Source of the DNA: Thermoanaerobaculia bacterium
GTDB lineage: Bacteria; Acidobacteriota; Thermoanaerobaculia; Multivoradales; Multivoraceae
Length of the DNA stretch: 64,000 nt
Assembly (NCBI GenBank): GCA_963666565.1
Contig: OY762911.1
Location: 1,376,001 to 1,440,000, forward strand
Reading direction: 5' to 3'
Below the pieces are notes generated by a model. It was given only the letters and a program-made list of their open reading frames with translations, was not told the DNA's origin and did no database searches. Shown in pieces: positions 9,490-23,627 of this stretch. The translations under genes and the position numbers were made by a program. Numbering within the stretch: the first letter of the stretch is position 1; each line of letters starts with the position of its first letter.

Positions 9490-10914
9490 TCACGGCCTCA
9501 CGTTGGGCGCCGCTTCAAGGGGCCCGAAGTCCGTGCCGAGCACTCGGTCCGCATGGCGGTAGGCCTGCGCCGCGTGCGGCGCCGCGGAGGCGCCGGGTTC
9601 GTTGCGGTCCGGGTTCAGCGAGAACCGCAGGAAGCCGCCCATCGGGCCCGGCCCGAACCGGATCGTGATCGCGGCGTCTTCGCCGGCTTCAGCCTCGCGG
9701 TAGTCGTCGCCGTCCCGCACCAGGGCGATCTTGCCGGCGCCGGCGAGCGGGAGGGGCGTCGTCCGGCCGCCGCCACAGACGCGGTTGGCGTCGGCCGTCT
9801 CGACCACCGCGCGTTCGAGCAGGTCCGGCCGGTAGTCGAGCGGCTCGCCTTCGGAGATGGCCATGCAGAGCGGAACGAGCGGAAAGTCGCCGAGCGCCAG
9901 GGCCAGCGTGGCGATGCCCGCGCCGGGGCGCGGGTTGAGTTCCGTCGGCAGGAACCCTTCCTCGGTCAGGACGCCGTCGATCGAGAAGGCGCCGCGATAG
10001 TCGATCCGTTCGCGGAGCGCCGCGCCGACGCGGCGGGCGAGTCGGCGCATGGTCTCGCGGTCGTCCGGCCTCGGGTCGAACCAGGTCGAGCAGCCGACAT
10101 AGAAGAAGCGGTCGCCCGTCGTGGGACGGAGGACGAGCATCTCGACCGGCCGCAAAGCCGCCACCGCGTCCGGGAACACGATGCCGTGAATGCTCGCCGG
10201 GATTCCCTCCAGGAACGGCATGACGCGCACCCGGTCGGCGGACCGGGCGAGAGACGCCGCCGCCTCGCTTCCGTCGTCGCCGGGGCGTACCCAGCGCAGG
10301 CCCTCGCCGCCGCCGTTGGGACCGTCGCGGCTGTCCGCCGCCCAGACGGTGCCGTGGCCGCGGTCCACGGCGTCGGCGGCGGCGCGGAGCGCTCCGAGCT
10401 CCGCCGGGACGACCCGGGACGGCGCTCGCGGCACGCCGGCCGCGTCCCAGAAGGCGTCGATCACGATCTTGTCTTCGAGGGCGATCCACTCGGGCTGCCG
10501 CGGGGCGTAGGCGGCCCGGCCGGCCACCGGCTGGGGCTCGGCGATCGGGTCCGTGTGGAGGGTCCGCGCCGAGCCGTCCGGATCCCAGGCGTCGACCGCG
10601 TCCTGCACCGCGGACGGCAGGTCGGCCAGGGCACGGTGGACGGTGCGGTTGTAGTCCAGAGGGTCCGTCCCGCGGAGGTCGAGTACTTCCAGGGCCGCTT
10701 CGTCCTCGGTCGGCGGCGCGCCGGTTCCCAGGCTGCCGGCGATCAGGAAGGGCCGCGCCGCGCCCAGGGAGCGGAGTTCGCGCGCCACGCGCCCGAGCAC
10801 CGGGGCGACGTTGCCGGGCAGCAGCAACTTCCGGCCTTCGAAGACGGGCCGCAGCAGTTGCCTGTAGTACGCGGTGGCTTCTTCCAGAAGCGGTGAAGTC
10901 GGCGTGTCGCTCAC
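9490..10914 (-). CDS. Hypothetical protein, probable ATP-grasp fold
   Basis: LEDK, RVMPFLEG.PASIHG, YRGAFSIDGV....FLPTELNPR motifs; GC-typical codon usage. Confidence 0.65.
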   Translation of the reverse strand: MSDTPTSPLLEEATAYYRQLLRPVFEGRKLLLPGNVAPVLGRVARELRSLGAARPFLIAGSLGTGAPPTEDEAALEVLDLRGTDPLDYNRTVHRALADLPSAVQDAVDAWDPDGSARTLHTDPIAEPQPVAGRAAYAPRQPEWIALEDKIVIDAFWDAAGVPRAPSRVVPAELGALRAAADAVDRGHGTVWAADSRDGPNGGGEGLRWVRPGDDGSEAAASLARSADRVRVMPFLEGIPASIHGIVFPDAVAALRPVEMLVLRPTTGDRFFYVGCSTWFDPRPDDRETMRRLARRVGAALRERIDYRGAFSIDGVLTEEGFLPTELNPRPGAGIATLALALGDFPLVPLCMAISEGEPLDYRPDLLERAVVETADANRVCGGGRTTPLPLAGAGKIALVRDGDDYREAEAGEDAAITIRFGPGPMGGFLRFSLNPDRNEPGASAAPHAAQAYRHADRVLGTDFGPLEAAPNVRP

Positions 10915-10991
10915 GGTGAGATGTCCGTGTTGCCGGAGTCCGCCGCCGGGCGCTATCTTCGACGGATCGTGCCCTTCTACCCTATCCGCAG

Positions 10992-12341
10992 GTGACTCGG
11001 CAGCCCGCCAGCGCCGGCCTGTTCGACGACGCCGCGGCGACGAGCGCCGTTTCTGCGGCCGCGCCGCTCGCCGAGCGGATGCGCCCGGCCTCGTTCGACG
11101 AGTTCGTCGGCCAGGAGCACATCCTCGCCGAAGACAAGGTCCTGCGCCGGTCCATCGACGCGGACCGGGTGCCGTCGCTCCTGTTCTGGGGACCGCCCGG
11201 GTCCGGCAAGACGACCCTCGCGCGGCTGATCGCCACCGTCACGCGCGCCCACTTCGAGCCGGTCAGCGCCGTCTCGGCCGGCGTGGCGGACCTGCGCCGC
11301 GCCGTCAAGGGCGCCGGGGATCTCCGCTCCCTCTACGGCCGCCCGACGATCCTGTTCGTCGACGAGATCCACCGCTTCAACAAAGGTCAGCAGGACGTCA
11401 TCCTGCCGCACGTCGAGGACGGCACGATCACCTTCATCGGCGCGACGACGGAAAATCCGTCCTTCGAGGTCAACGCGCCGCTTCTCTCGCGCTGCCGCGT
11501 GTTCACGCTGCACGCCCTGGACGAGGACGCCATGACGGGAATCGTCCGGCGGGCGCTGGAGGACGAAGAGCGGGGTCTCGGCCTGCTGGCCCCGGAACTG
11601 GAGGAAGACGCGTTGGCGCACCTCGTCAACATCGCGAACGGCGACGCCCGCGTGGCGCTGAACGCCCTGGAGATGGCCGTCGTCACCGCCGAGCCGGGGG
11701 AGGACGGCGTGCGCCGGATCGGCGTCGAGGCGATATCGGACGCTTTGCAGCGACGCACGCCCCAGTACGACAAGGCCGGCGACAGCCACTACGACACGAT
11801 CTCGGCCTTCATCAAGTCCGTGCGCGGCTCCTCGCCCGACGGCGCCCTCTACTGGCTCGCCCGAATGCTGGAGGCCGGCGAGGACCCGCTGTTCATCGCC
11901 CGCCGGCTGGTCATCCTGGCCGCCGAGGACATCGGACTCGCCAACCCGGGGGCCCTGCCGGTCGCCGTCGCGGCCCAGCAGGCCGTCCACTTCATCGGAC
12001 TGCCCGAGGGCCGCATCCCTCTGGCCGAGGCGACGGTGTACCTGGCGACGTCGGCGAAGAGCAACGCCGCCTACGTGGCGCTGGGCCGCGCGACGGAGGA
12101 CGTGCGGAACGCGCCTCACGAACCGGTGCCGCTGCACCTGCGTAACGCGGTCACGGGCCTCATGCGCGGCATGGGCTACGGCAAGGGTTACAAGTACGGC
12201 CACGACTTCGAGGGCCACTTCGAGAAGCAGGAGTACCTGCCGCCCGGCCTGTCGGGCCGCCGTTACTACGAGCCGTCGGACCAGGGCGCCGAGGCCAGGA
12301 TCGCCGAACGCCTGCGTAGCTGGTGGGGCGACGACGACTGA
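10992..12341 (+). CDS. rarA: Replication-associated recombination protein A (RarA/MgsA) AAA+ ATPase
   Basis: PLAERMRP, WGPPGSGKTT, FVDEIHRFNK.QQD, GATTENPSF, HYD.ISAFIKS.RGS, KSN, VPLHLRNA. Confidence 0.97.
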   Translation: MTRQPASAGLFDDAAATSAVSAAAPLAERMRPASFDEFVGQEHILAEDKVLRRSIDADRVPSLLFWGPPGSGKTTLARLIATVTRAHFEPVSAVSAGVADLRRAVKGAGDLRSLYGRPTILFVDEIHRFNKGQQDVILPHVEDGTITFIGATTENPSFEVNAPLLSRCRVFTLHALDEDAMTGIVRRALEDEERGLGLLAPELEEDALAHLVNIANGDARVALNALEMAVVTAEPGEDGVRRIGVEAISDALQRRTPQYDKAGDSHYDTISAFIKSVRGSSPDGALYWLARMLEAGEDPLFIARRLVILAAEDIGLANPGALPVAVAAQQAVHFIGLPEGRIPLAEATVYLATSAKSNAAYVALGRATEDVRNAPHEPVPLHLRNAVTGLMRGMGYGKGYKYGHDFEGHFEKQEYLPPGLSGRRYYEPSDQGAEARIAERLRSWWGDDD

Positions 12342-12523
12342 CCGCACCAGCCGGAGCGGCCGCTGAAGGCGGCTGATCGTTCAGGGAGACCGTTGGAGGA
12401 TCTGGCCTGGTCTCGGGCCTGGGCAAGCTGTGCAGAATCTGCACAGGTTCGGTGGGGAACGCGCCGGCGAGCCGCCCGCCGGGTCGGGGACTTGTATTCT
12501 GCGCCGTGGGCGGAACGCAGCGT

Positions 12524-14110
<1,587 letters not shown>

Positions 14111-14132
14111 GCCCAAGACAGGCCCGCTGCCC

Positions 14133-14561
14133 ATGATTGGCGCCGATACGACCTTCTTCAGGGAGTGTCTGGACCGGCTGGAGAGCTACTGCCGATTTCT
14201 GGACCGCGACCGCGAAGATGAAACCGACCGCCGATTCGGGCGGGAGATGTGCATCGAGCGGTTCGAGGTCGCTCTCGAACAGAGCGGCAAGCTGCTGAAG
14301 AAGACGTTGCGCCCGTGGTTCCCAAGCAACCGCGCGGTCGACCGACTGACGTTCCGGGACGCGTTCCGGCACGCGGCCAAGCACGGCCTGATCGACATCG
14401 AGGCGGCGGAGCGCTGGCTGACCTACCGTGACAGCCTGAACGGCACGGGCGATCCCGACGGCGACGACCCCGTCGTAATGGCGGCCGTCCAGCGGATGCC
14501 GGCCTTCGTCGCCGACGCCCGGGCGCTGGCCTCGATCATCGACCAGGCGCCCGATGACTGA
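14133..14561 (+). CDS. HEPN / nucleotidyltransferase substrate-binding (HI0074-like) protein with degenerate RNase motif
   Basis: [33 protein letters not shown]; the expected RNxxAHxY reads LNGTGDPD; overlaps MNT-hsdS start. Confidence 0.8.
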   Translation: MIGADTTFFRECLDRLESYCRFLDRDREDETDRRFGREMCIERFEVALEQSGKLLKKTLRPWFPSNRAVDRLTFRDAFRHAAKHGLIDIEAAERWLTYRDSLNGTGDPDGDDPVVMAAVQRMPAFVADARALASIIDQAPDD

Positions 14562-16122
14562 ACATCTCCACCTGCTTCCGCGCCACCGGGCGCAACTCGA
14601 AGCCCTCTTGAGCCAGCATCTCCCCGGCGTGGAGGTGTGGGCCTACGGCAGCCGCGTGAAGGGCCAGAGCCACGACGGCAGCGACCTGGATCTCGTGCTG
14701 CGGGGCTCCGGATTGCAGGAGATCGACCTCGATGCGCTCGCCGACTTCAGTCACGCGCTGCACGATTCGACGATTCCGTTCCTGGTCGAGGCCCGGGACT
14801 GGGCGCGGCTGCCGGAGCGGTTTCATCGGGAGATCGAGCGGGAGTATGTGGTGGTCAGAGAACCGACCAAGCATCGACCGGAACCCGCGGAGTGGCTGGA
14901 ACGCACTTGGGGCGATCTGGCGACGCTTGAGTACGGCAAGTCTCTTCGGGGCTACCGAGAAGGCACCGGTACCTGTCGGGTCTTCGGAACCAACGGGCCA
15001 ATCGGTTGGCATACCGACGCACTTGCCGACGGCCCAGGCGTGGTGATCGGCAGAAAGGGCGCCTATCGCGGAGTTCACTACTCGCCTGAGCCGTTCTTCG
15101 TAATTGATACCGCCTTCTACCTGAAGCCCAAGACGGACGATGACTTCGAGATGCGGTGGGCCTACTACGAGCTTCTTTCGCAGGACATCAATGGCCTGGA
15201 CAGCGGTTCGGCGATTCCGTCAACCAGCAGGGACTCCTTCTACTCGATGCCGGTGCAACTGCCGCCACCCCGCGACCAGCGCGCCATCGCCCACATCCTC
15301 GGCACGCTGGACGACAAGATCGAGCTGAACCGACGGATGAACGAGACGCTGGAGGCGATGGTGCGGGCGCTGTTCAAGTCCTGGTTCATCGACTTCGACC
15401 CGGTTCGCGCGAAGATCGAGGGTTGGGACACCGGATTGCCGCAAGACATCGCCGCCCTGTTCCCTGATCGGCTCGCGGACTCCGAGATCGGCGAGATACC
15501 CGAGGGGTGGGCGGTCGCAGGACTTGCCGAGTTGATTGAAATCAATCCGAGACGAGTGTTACGGCGAGGGGAAGTCGCTCCGTATCTCCCCATGGCGACC
15601 ATGCCGACTCGCGGACATGTGCCGACTTCGGTTGATCGTCGACCCTTCGGCTCGGGCATGCGCTTCGCGAACGGTGACACGCTGGTGGCTCGCATCACTC
15701 CATGTCTGGAGAACGGAAAAACAGCCTACGTCGATTTCTTGAGACAAGGTGAGGTTGGCTGGGGCTCTACGGAGTACATCGTCTTGAAGCCGAAACCGCC
15801 TCTTCCTGACCAGTTCGCCTACTGTCTTGCGCGCAGTGCAGCGTTCCGGGAGTTCGCGATCCGGAACATGAGCGGTACGAGCGGGCGTCAGCGGGTATCG
15901 GCAGCCGCGGTGAGCGGGCTCCTGACGGTCTCTCCTCCGGTGCGGCTCGTGGCCGTGTTAGGAGAGGTCATTGAGCCACTCTTCAAGCGAGCCAGTAGGG
16001 CTGCTCGTGAGTCGCGCCTGCTCTCGGCTCTCCGCGACACCCTCCTCCCCAAGCTCATCTCGGGCGAGATCCGCGTGCCGGACGCGGAATCGCTCGCCTC
16101 AGCGGCCCTTTCGGTGCAATGA
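14554..16122 (+). CDS. hsdS: MNT nucleotidyltransferase - type I specificity subunit fusion
   Basis: aa 1-100: EVWAYGSRVKGQSHDGSDLDLV (GSX10DXD), IPFLVEARDW. Remainder: TRD1, QRAIAHILGTLDDKIELNRRMNETLE, DSEIGEIPEGW, TRD2, LRDTLLPKLISGEIRV; no stop between the parts. Confidence 0.92.
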   Translation: MTEHLHLLPRHRAQLEALLSQHLPGVEVWAYGSRVKGQSHDGSDLDLVLRGSGLQEIDLDALADFSHALHDSTIPFLVEARDWARLPERFHREIEREYVVVREPTKHRPEPAEWLERTWGDLATLEYGKSLRGYREGTGTCRVFGTNGPIGWHTDALADGPGVVIGRKGAYRGVHYSPEPFFVIDTAFYLKPKTDDDFEMRWAYYELLSQDINGLDSGSAIPSTSRDSFYSMPVQLPPPRDQRAIAHILGTLDDKIELNRRMNETLEAMVRALFKSWFIDFDPVRAKIEGWDTGLPQDIAALFPDRLADSEIGEIPEGWAVAGLAELIEINPRRVLRRGEVAPYLPMATMPTRGHVPTSVDRRPFGSGMRFANGDTLVARITPCLENGKTAYVDFLRQGEVGWGSTEYIVLKPKPPLPDQFAYCLARSAAFREFAIRNMSGTSGRQRVSAAAVSGLLTVSPPVRLVAVLGEVIEPLFKRASRAARESRLLSALRDTLLPKLISGEIRVPDAESLASAALSVQ

Positions 16123-16602
16123 GCGAGAAGATGAGCCAGGCGACAGACCACGGCGAGGCAGTGCCGGGCGGCGGGCTCGTCGTCTACGAGGCCGCGGAGG
16201 GCGGGCTCGAACGGGCCGCAACTACCGAGAATTCCTCGGTGGTTCGATCCGAGGCCGCGGGTTCGACGCTGGGTTCTCGGGCGACGAGTCGGAGCAGGCG
16301 GCAACTGCGAAGGATCTCTTCGTAGTTCGATCCGAGAGAGTCCTTGGGTTCGACGTGCGGTGACCCACTACAACCTCGACGCGATCATCTCGGTCGGCTA
16401 CCGGGTGAGCTCGAGGCGTGCGGTCCGCTTCCGCCAGTCGGCGACCCGCACGCTCCGGGAGCACTTGGTGAGCGGCTACACCCTCAACCAGCGACGGCTG
16501 GCCGAGCGCGGACTGCGGGAGGCCCGAGAGACGCTCGACCTGCTTGCCCGGACCCTGCGCGGCCGGGTGCTGACCTTGGAGGTGGACGAGGTGACATACT
16601 GA
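16119..16602 (+). pseudogene. Fragmented RhuM-like (virulence RhuM family) gene
   Basis: GGLVVYEA.. / ATTENSSVVRSE / HYNLDAIISVGYRVSSRRA.RFRQ.AT.TLREHL..GYTLN split across frames, with internal deletion and duplication. Confidence 0.8.
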
Positions 16603-16635
16603 CTTCGCTCGAGGTGAGCTGCAACCGGAGGCGAC

Positions 16636-16821
16636 ATGGACCATACCTACTTCGTGGAGATCTCCTGGGACGAGGAGGCAGGCGTGTGGCACGTGTCGGA
16701 TACGGACTTCCCCGGCTTGGTCGCCGAGGCGGCATCGGAACGCGACTTGGTGGAGAAGATCCGAGCACTCCTGCCGGAACTGTACGATCTCAACCGGAGT
16801 TTCTTCGATGATCGGCGCTGA
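16636..16821 (+). CDS. DUF1902-like (HicB-like fold) small protein
   Basis: WDEEAGVW...D.PGLVAEA.S...L.EK....LPEL; GGAGG RBS. Confidence 0.75.
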   Translation: MDHTYFVEISWDEEAGVWHVSDTDFPGLVAEAASERDLVEKIRALLPELYDLNRSFFDDRR

Positions 16822-16866
16822 AGCGACTCCGATGCAGATGACGGCGAACAGGCTGGAGGCGATCCC

Positions 16867-18090
16867 GTGAAGGCGCCAGTACCACCCCGCGTCACGTGGC
16901 TGAAGGTGAGGAACTACAGGGCGCTGCGAGATGTGACGCTCTCGAACCTGACTCCGCTGACCGTGCTGCTGGGCCCGAACGGGAGCGGCAAGTCAACGGT
17001 CTTCGATGTCTTCGCCTTCCTGTCGGAGTGCTTCTCGGAGGGCATTCGCCGGCCGTGGGACCGACGTGGTCGGTTCCGTGAGCTAAGGAGTCGAGACCGC
17101 GGCGGTCCGATCATGATCGAGTTGAAGTACCGCGAGCGTCCCAAGACTCCGCTCATCACGTACCACCTGGAAATCGACGAGGAAAGGGGCCGTCCCGTCG
17201 TTACCCACGAGTGGTTGCGGTGGACACGCGGAAGCGGTGCCGGGCGGCCGTTCAACTTCATGGAGTACCGGCTCGGAGAAGGCGTAGTCATCACCGGGGA
17301 GGCGCCGGAGAGAAACGACAAACGGGTGCCCCGCAGCCTCGCGGGGCCCGATGTGCTGGCTGTCAGCACTCTCGGCATGCTGGCCGAGAATCCGCGGGTG
17401 ATCGCACTTCGCGACTTCGTGACGAGTTGGCATCTCTCCTACCTTTCTGCAGATGCCGCCAGAGGCAACCCGGAGGCGGGCGGGGAGGAGAGGCTGTCGC
17501 CGACGGGTGACAACTTGGCGAACGTTGTGCAGCACCTGAAGGAGGAGCATCCGGATCGCCTGGAGGAGGTGTTCGGGATCTTGCGTCGTCGCGTGCCCCG
17601 GATCGAAGAGGTCCAGGCCGAGAGCATGGCGGATGGACGACTCCTGCTTCGGCTCAAGGATGCGCCATTCGCAACGCCGGTGCTGTCTCGGTTCGCCTCT
17701 GACGGCACCCTGAAGATGTTGGCGTACCTGACGCTTCTCTACGATCCCGACCCGCCCAGACTGATCGGCATCGAAGAGCCGGAGAACTTCCTTCACCCTC
17801 GCCTCCTGCCGGAACTGGGCGAAGAGTGCCGCGCCGCTTCGGCTCGCACACAGTTGCTGATCACGACCCACTCGCCGTTCTTTCTGGACGCCCTGAGACC
17901 TCAGGAAGTGCGGGTGCTCTGGCGGGACGGAGACGGCTACACGCGTACCGAGTTGCTCTCGAAGATCAGGGGTGTCACGGAGTTCGTGAGGGAGGGCGCG
18001 AGACTCGGCGATCTCTGGATGGAAGGACACTTCGGCGTCGGGGACCCGTTGGTCAACGAGGGCGCCGCGGTCGGCGGGAGAAGCAGGTGA
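16867..18090 (+). CDS. ABC-type (AAA_21/OLD-like) ATPase
   Basis: Walker A GPNGSGKS, signature ASDGTLK, Walker B/D-loop [13 protein letters not shown]-loop ITTHSP, LGDLW..G. Confidence 0.9.
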   Translation: MKAPVPPRVTWLKVRNYRALRDVTLSNLTPLTVLLGPNGSGKSTVFDVFAFLSECFSEGIRRPWDRRGRFRELRSRDRGGPIMIELKYRERPKTPLITYHLEIDEERGRPVVTHEWLRWTRGSGAGRPFNFMEYRLGEGVVITGEAPERNDKRVPRSLAGPDVLAVSTLGMLAENPRVIALRDFVTSWHLSYLSADAARGNPEAGGEERLSPTGDNLANVVQHLKEEHPDRLEEVFGILRRRVPRIEEVQAESMADGRLLLRLKDAPFATPVLSRFASDGTLKMLAYLTLLYDPDPPRLIGIEEPENFLHPRLLPELGEECRAASARTQLLITTHSPFFLDALRPQEVRVLWRDGDGYTRTELLSKIRGVTEFVREGARLGDLWMEGHFGVGDPLVNEGAAVGGRSR

Positions 18091-18710
18091 CGGAGACGAG
18101 CGTGCGTCACTTCGAGTTTCTGGTCGAGGAACCGTCGATGGAAGCGTTCCTCCGTGTGCTGCTTCCACGTCTGCTGCCGCACGACCGTACGTTCCACGTT
18201 CACGCTTTCGGAGGCAAGCCTGATCTTCGGCGCAAGCTCGACGAACGCTTGCGCGGCTACTCAAAGTGGCTGCCGACGGACTGGCGAGTTGTCGTGATGG
18301 TGGACCGCGACGAGGACGATTGCCTGGTCCTCAAGGCAGAGATGGAAGCAGCGGCGGCAGCCGCGGGCCTCCGTACTCGAAGCGCGGTGTCGGCAGCGTC
18401 TTGGCAGGTGGCGAACCGCGTCGTGGTTGAGGAACTGGAGGCGTGGTTCTTCGGCGACTGGCGGGCGGTTCGCGGTGCGTACCCGCGTGTAGCGGCAAGT
18501 ACGCCGAAACAGAGGCGCTATCGCGACCCGGACTTGATCGTGGGTACCTGGGAGGCATTCGAGCGTATTCTGAGAGGGCATGGCTACTTCGTCACTGGCT
18601 TGCGCAAGACGGAGGCGGCGCGTGCCGTTGCCGCTTACATGGAGCCCTCGGTCAATCGGTCGCATAGTTTTTGCGTCTTCAGAGATCTGATTCTGGAGGC
18701 TGTGGCCTGA
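18087..18710 (+). CDS. DUF4276-like Toprim-fold protein
   Basis: [30 protein letters not shown]; GTGA overlap with ATPase stop. Confidence 0.82.
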   Translation: MTETSVRHFEFLVEEPSMEAFLRVLLPRLLPHDRTFHVHAFGGKPDLRRKLDERLRGYSKWLPTDWRVVVMVDRDEDDCLVLKAEMEAAAAAAGLRTRSAVSAASWQVANRVVVEELEAWFFGDWRAVRGAYPRVAASTPKQRRYRDPDLIVGTWEAFERILRGHGYFVTGLRKTEAARAVAAYMEPSVNRSHSFCVFRDLILEAVA

Positions 18711-18744
18711 CCGAGCCGCTTGTCCGGGTGGAATCGTTGGGCGC

Positions 18745-21918
<3,174 letters not shown>

Positions 21919-22061
21919 ACCCGGCGGCACCTGTACTTCGACCACTTTCCGATGATGTGCGAGTTTGAGTGAGGCGGAGTGGCTGTTCGCCATCGTCCAG
22001 CCAGGCCGGGAGCCTCCCCCTCGGGGCCCCGGACTGGCGGGTGCCGCCACCCGCCGCCGCG

Positions 22062-23402
22062 TCACCGAATCACCAGCACCCGCGCCTGCGGCGGATGCAG
22101 CCACTCGATGCCGCGGTCGGTGATCAACGCGTTCTCCTCGACGTTGATCGGTATCTTGTTGCCGTCCCACTCCTCGGCCGGCATGAAGACGATGTACTCG
22201 AGCGAGATGATCGAGTTGGGGCGGACGACGTACTTCGTGCGTTCCGGGTAGATCTCGAACAGGCTCGCGGCCATCTCGTGGCCGATGTTGCCGGCCCCGT
22301 GCATGCCGACGTTGACCTCGATGCCGGGGACGTCCTGGGCGGCCACTTCCAGCTCGGTGTAGACGTAGCCGGCGTCCCGGATGATCTGCTTCAGTTCGTC
22401 GAGCTGCTCGCGGCCGGTGCGGCCCGAGCGGACGTGCTTGCGGATGATCTCCTGCACCTTCTTCGATTCGGCGAACGTGTTCAGCACGCCGGCCGGCGGC
22501 TCGGTCTCGCCTTCGCGCAGGACGTAGGCGAAACGCTTGATGTCGGTCGAGAAGTGGTTCCGGCCGGTGCCCCAGTCGATCTGCAGGACATCGCCGCGCT
22601 GGATCACACGCTCGGTGCCGCCGATCTCGCCGCCGTCCGGGAGGTGGGTGTAGACGGTGGGAAACCAGCCGCGCAGCAGGTCGTGGTCGTGCAGCTTCTG
22701 CTCCAGCCAGCGGGCGACGTCGTTGTGCGTCGTCTTGCCCGGGGTGATGACCTCGTTGGACAGCGCTCGCTCCAGCAGCCGCCGCGTGAGGTCGCCGACC
22801 TTCGCGAACTCGACGATCTCGCCGGCGACCCGCTCTCCGCGAAAGTCGGCGATCAGGTGCTGGGCGGAGGTGAAGCGGGCCGCGTACTTCTCGCCGAGCT
22901 CGCTCGTGAGGAACTTGAAGTCCGTGTGCGTGAGTCCGTCCGCTACGTGGAGGCCTTCGGCGTTGTAGGGAACCGCGAGGTAGTTGAGACCGATGGTCCG
23001 GGGATCGCGCTCCTCGACGATCGACCGCAGCTCTTCGAACCGCCCGAACCGGTCGTAGGCGCCGCATTCCGCGGCCAGATCGTTCTCGCGGCCGAGTTGG
23101 ATCCGTTCGATGCGGTCGCCGCCGCGGTCGATGAAGATGAAGAAGCTCTGGCCGTTGACGGTCGAGATGCCGAAGTCGCGGGTCATCGGCTGGGTGCCGC
23201 GGCCCCGATCGGTCACGATCCACATGTCGATGCCGTTGCGCCGCATGGCGCCCGGCAGCACGTAGTCGAACTTGTCGTGCCGGATCATGCAGGAGGCTTC
23301 CCACCTCGAACGCACGTCGTCGGGTTCGGTGCTCGAAGCCGGCGCGGCGACTGCGACGGTCGTCAGGGCCGCGGCGAGAACGGTTGGCAGCACACGTTTC
23401 AT
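22062..23402 (-). CDS. Secreted M24 (Xaa-Pro aminopeptidase-family) metallopeptidase
   Basis: Signal peptide MKRVLPTVLAA; metal ligands in IDWG, TDIKR, HGAG..GH, SLEY, VEEN; AGGAG RBS. Confidence 0.85.
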   Translation of the reverse strand: MKRVLPTVLAAALTTVAVAAPASSTEPDDVRSRWEASCMIRHDKFDYVLPGAMRRNGIDMWIVTDRGRGTQPMTRDFGISTVNGQSFFIFIDRGGDRIERIQLGRENDLAAECGAYDRFGRFEELRSIVEERDPRTIGLNYLAVPYNAEGLHVADGLTHTDFKFLTSELGEKYAARFTSAQHLIADFRGERVAGEIVEFAKVGDLTRRLLERALSNEVITPGKTTHNDVARWLEQKLHDHDLLRGWFPTVYTHLPDGGEIGGTERVIQRGDVLQIDWGTGRNHFSTDIKRFAYVLREGETEPPAGVLNTFAESKKVQEIIRKHVRSGRTGREQLDELKQIIRDAGYVYTELEVAAQDVPGIEVNVGMHGAGNIGHEMAASLFEIYPERTKYVVRPNSIISLEYIVFMPAEEWDGNKIPINVEENALITDRGIEWLHPPQARVLVIR

Positions 23403-23416
23403 CTTGTTCTCCTGGA

Positions 23417-23490
23417 CTGGGTGCGCGGGTCTTCCGACCCGCTGCCGCCGGAGGCGGCCGGAAGGACTTGTGCCGGTCCTCAGGCCGCTG
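23417..23490 (+). repeat. REP-like element copy
   Basis: CTGGGTGCGCGGGTCTTCCGACCCGCTGCCGCCGGAGGCGGCC plus degenerate third hairpin. Confidence 0.9.
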
Positions 23491-23627
23491 CCGCCCCTGG
23501 CGGTCAGGTTTCGTGCAAGCTGAATCGAATCACTATAGCCCCGCCGCCGGCCGGCCGAGAGGGCGATAGCGTCGGGCGCCGGCCGGTACGGCCGGTGCGT
23601 CCCATCCGCACAACCTGGAGAGACCGA

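Noticed and set aside
16867-18710. Firm call as PARIS (ariA/ariB)
   Set aside because: The architecture is analogous but the effector resembles DUF4276; it cannot be confirmed without an HMM search.
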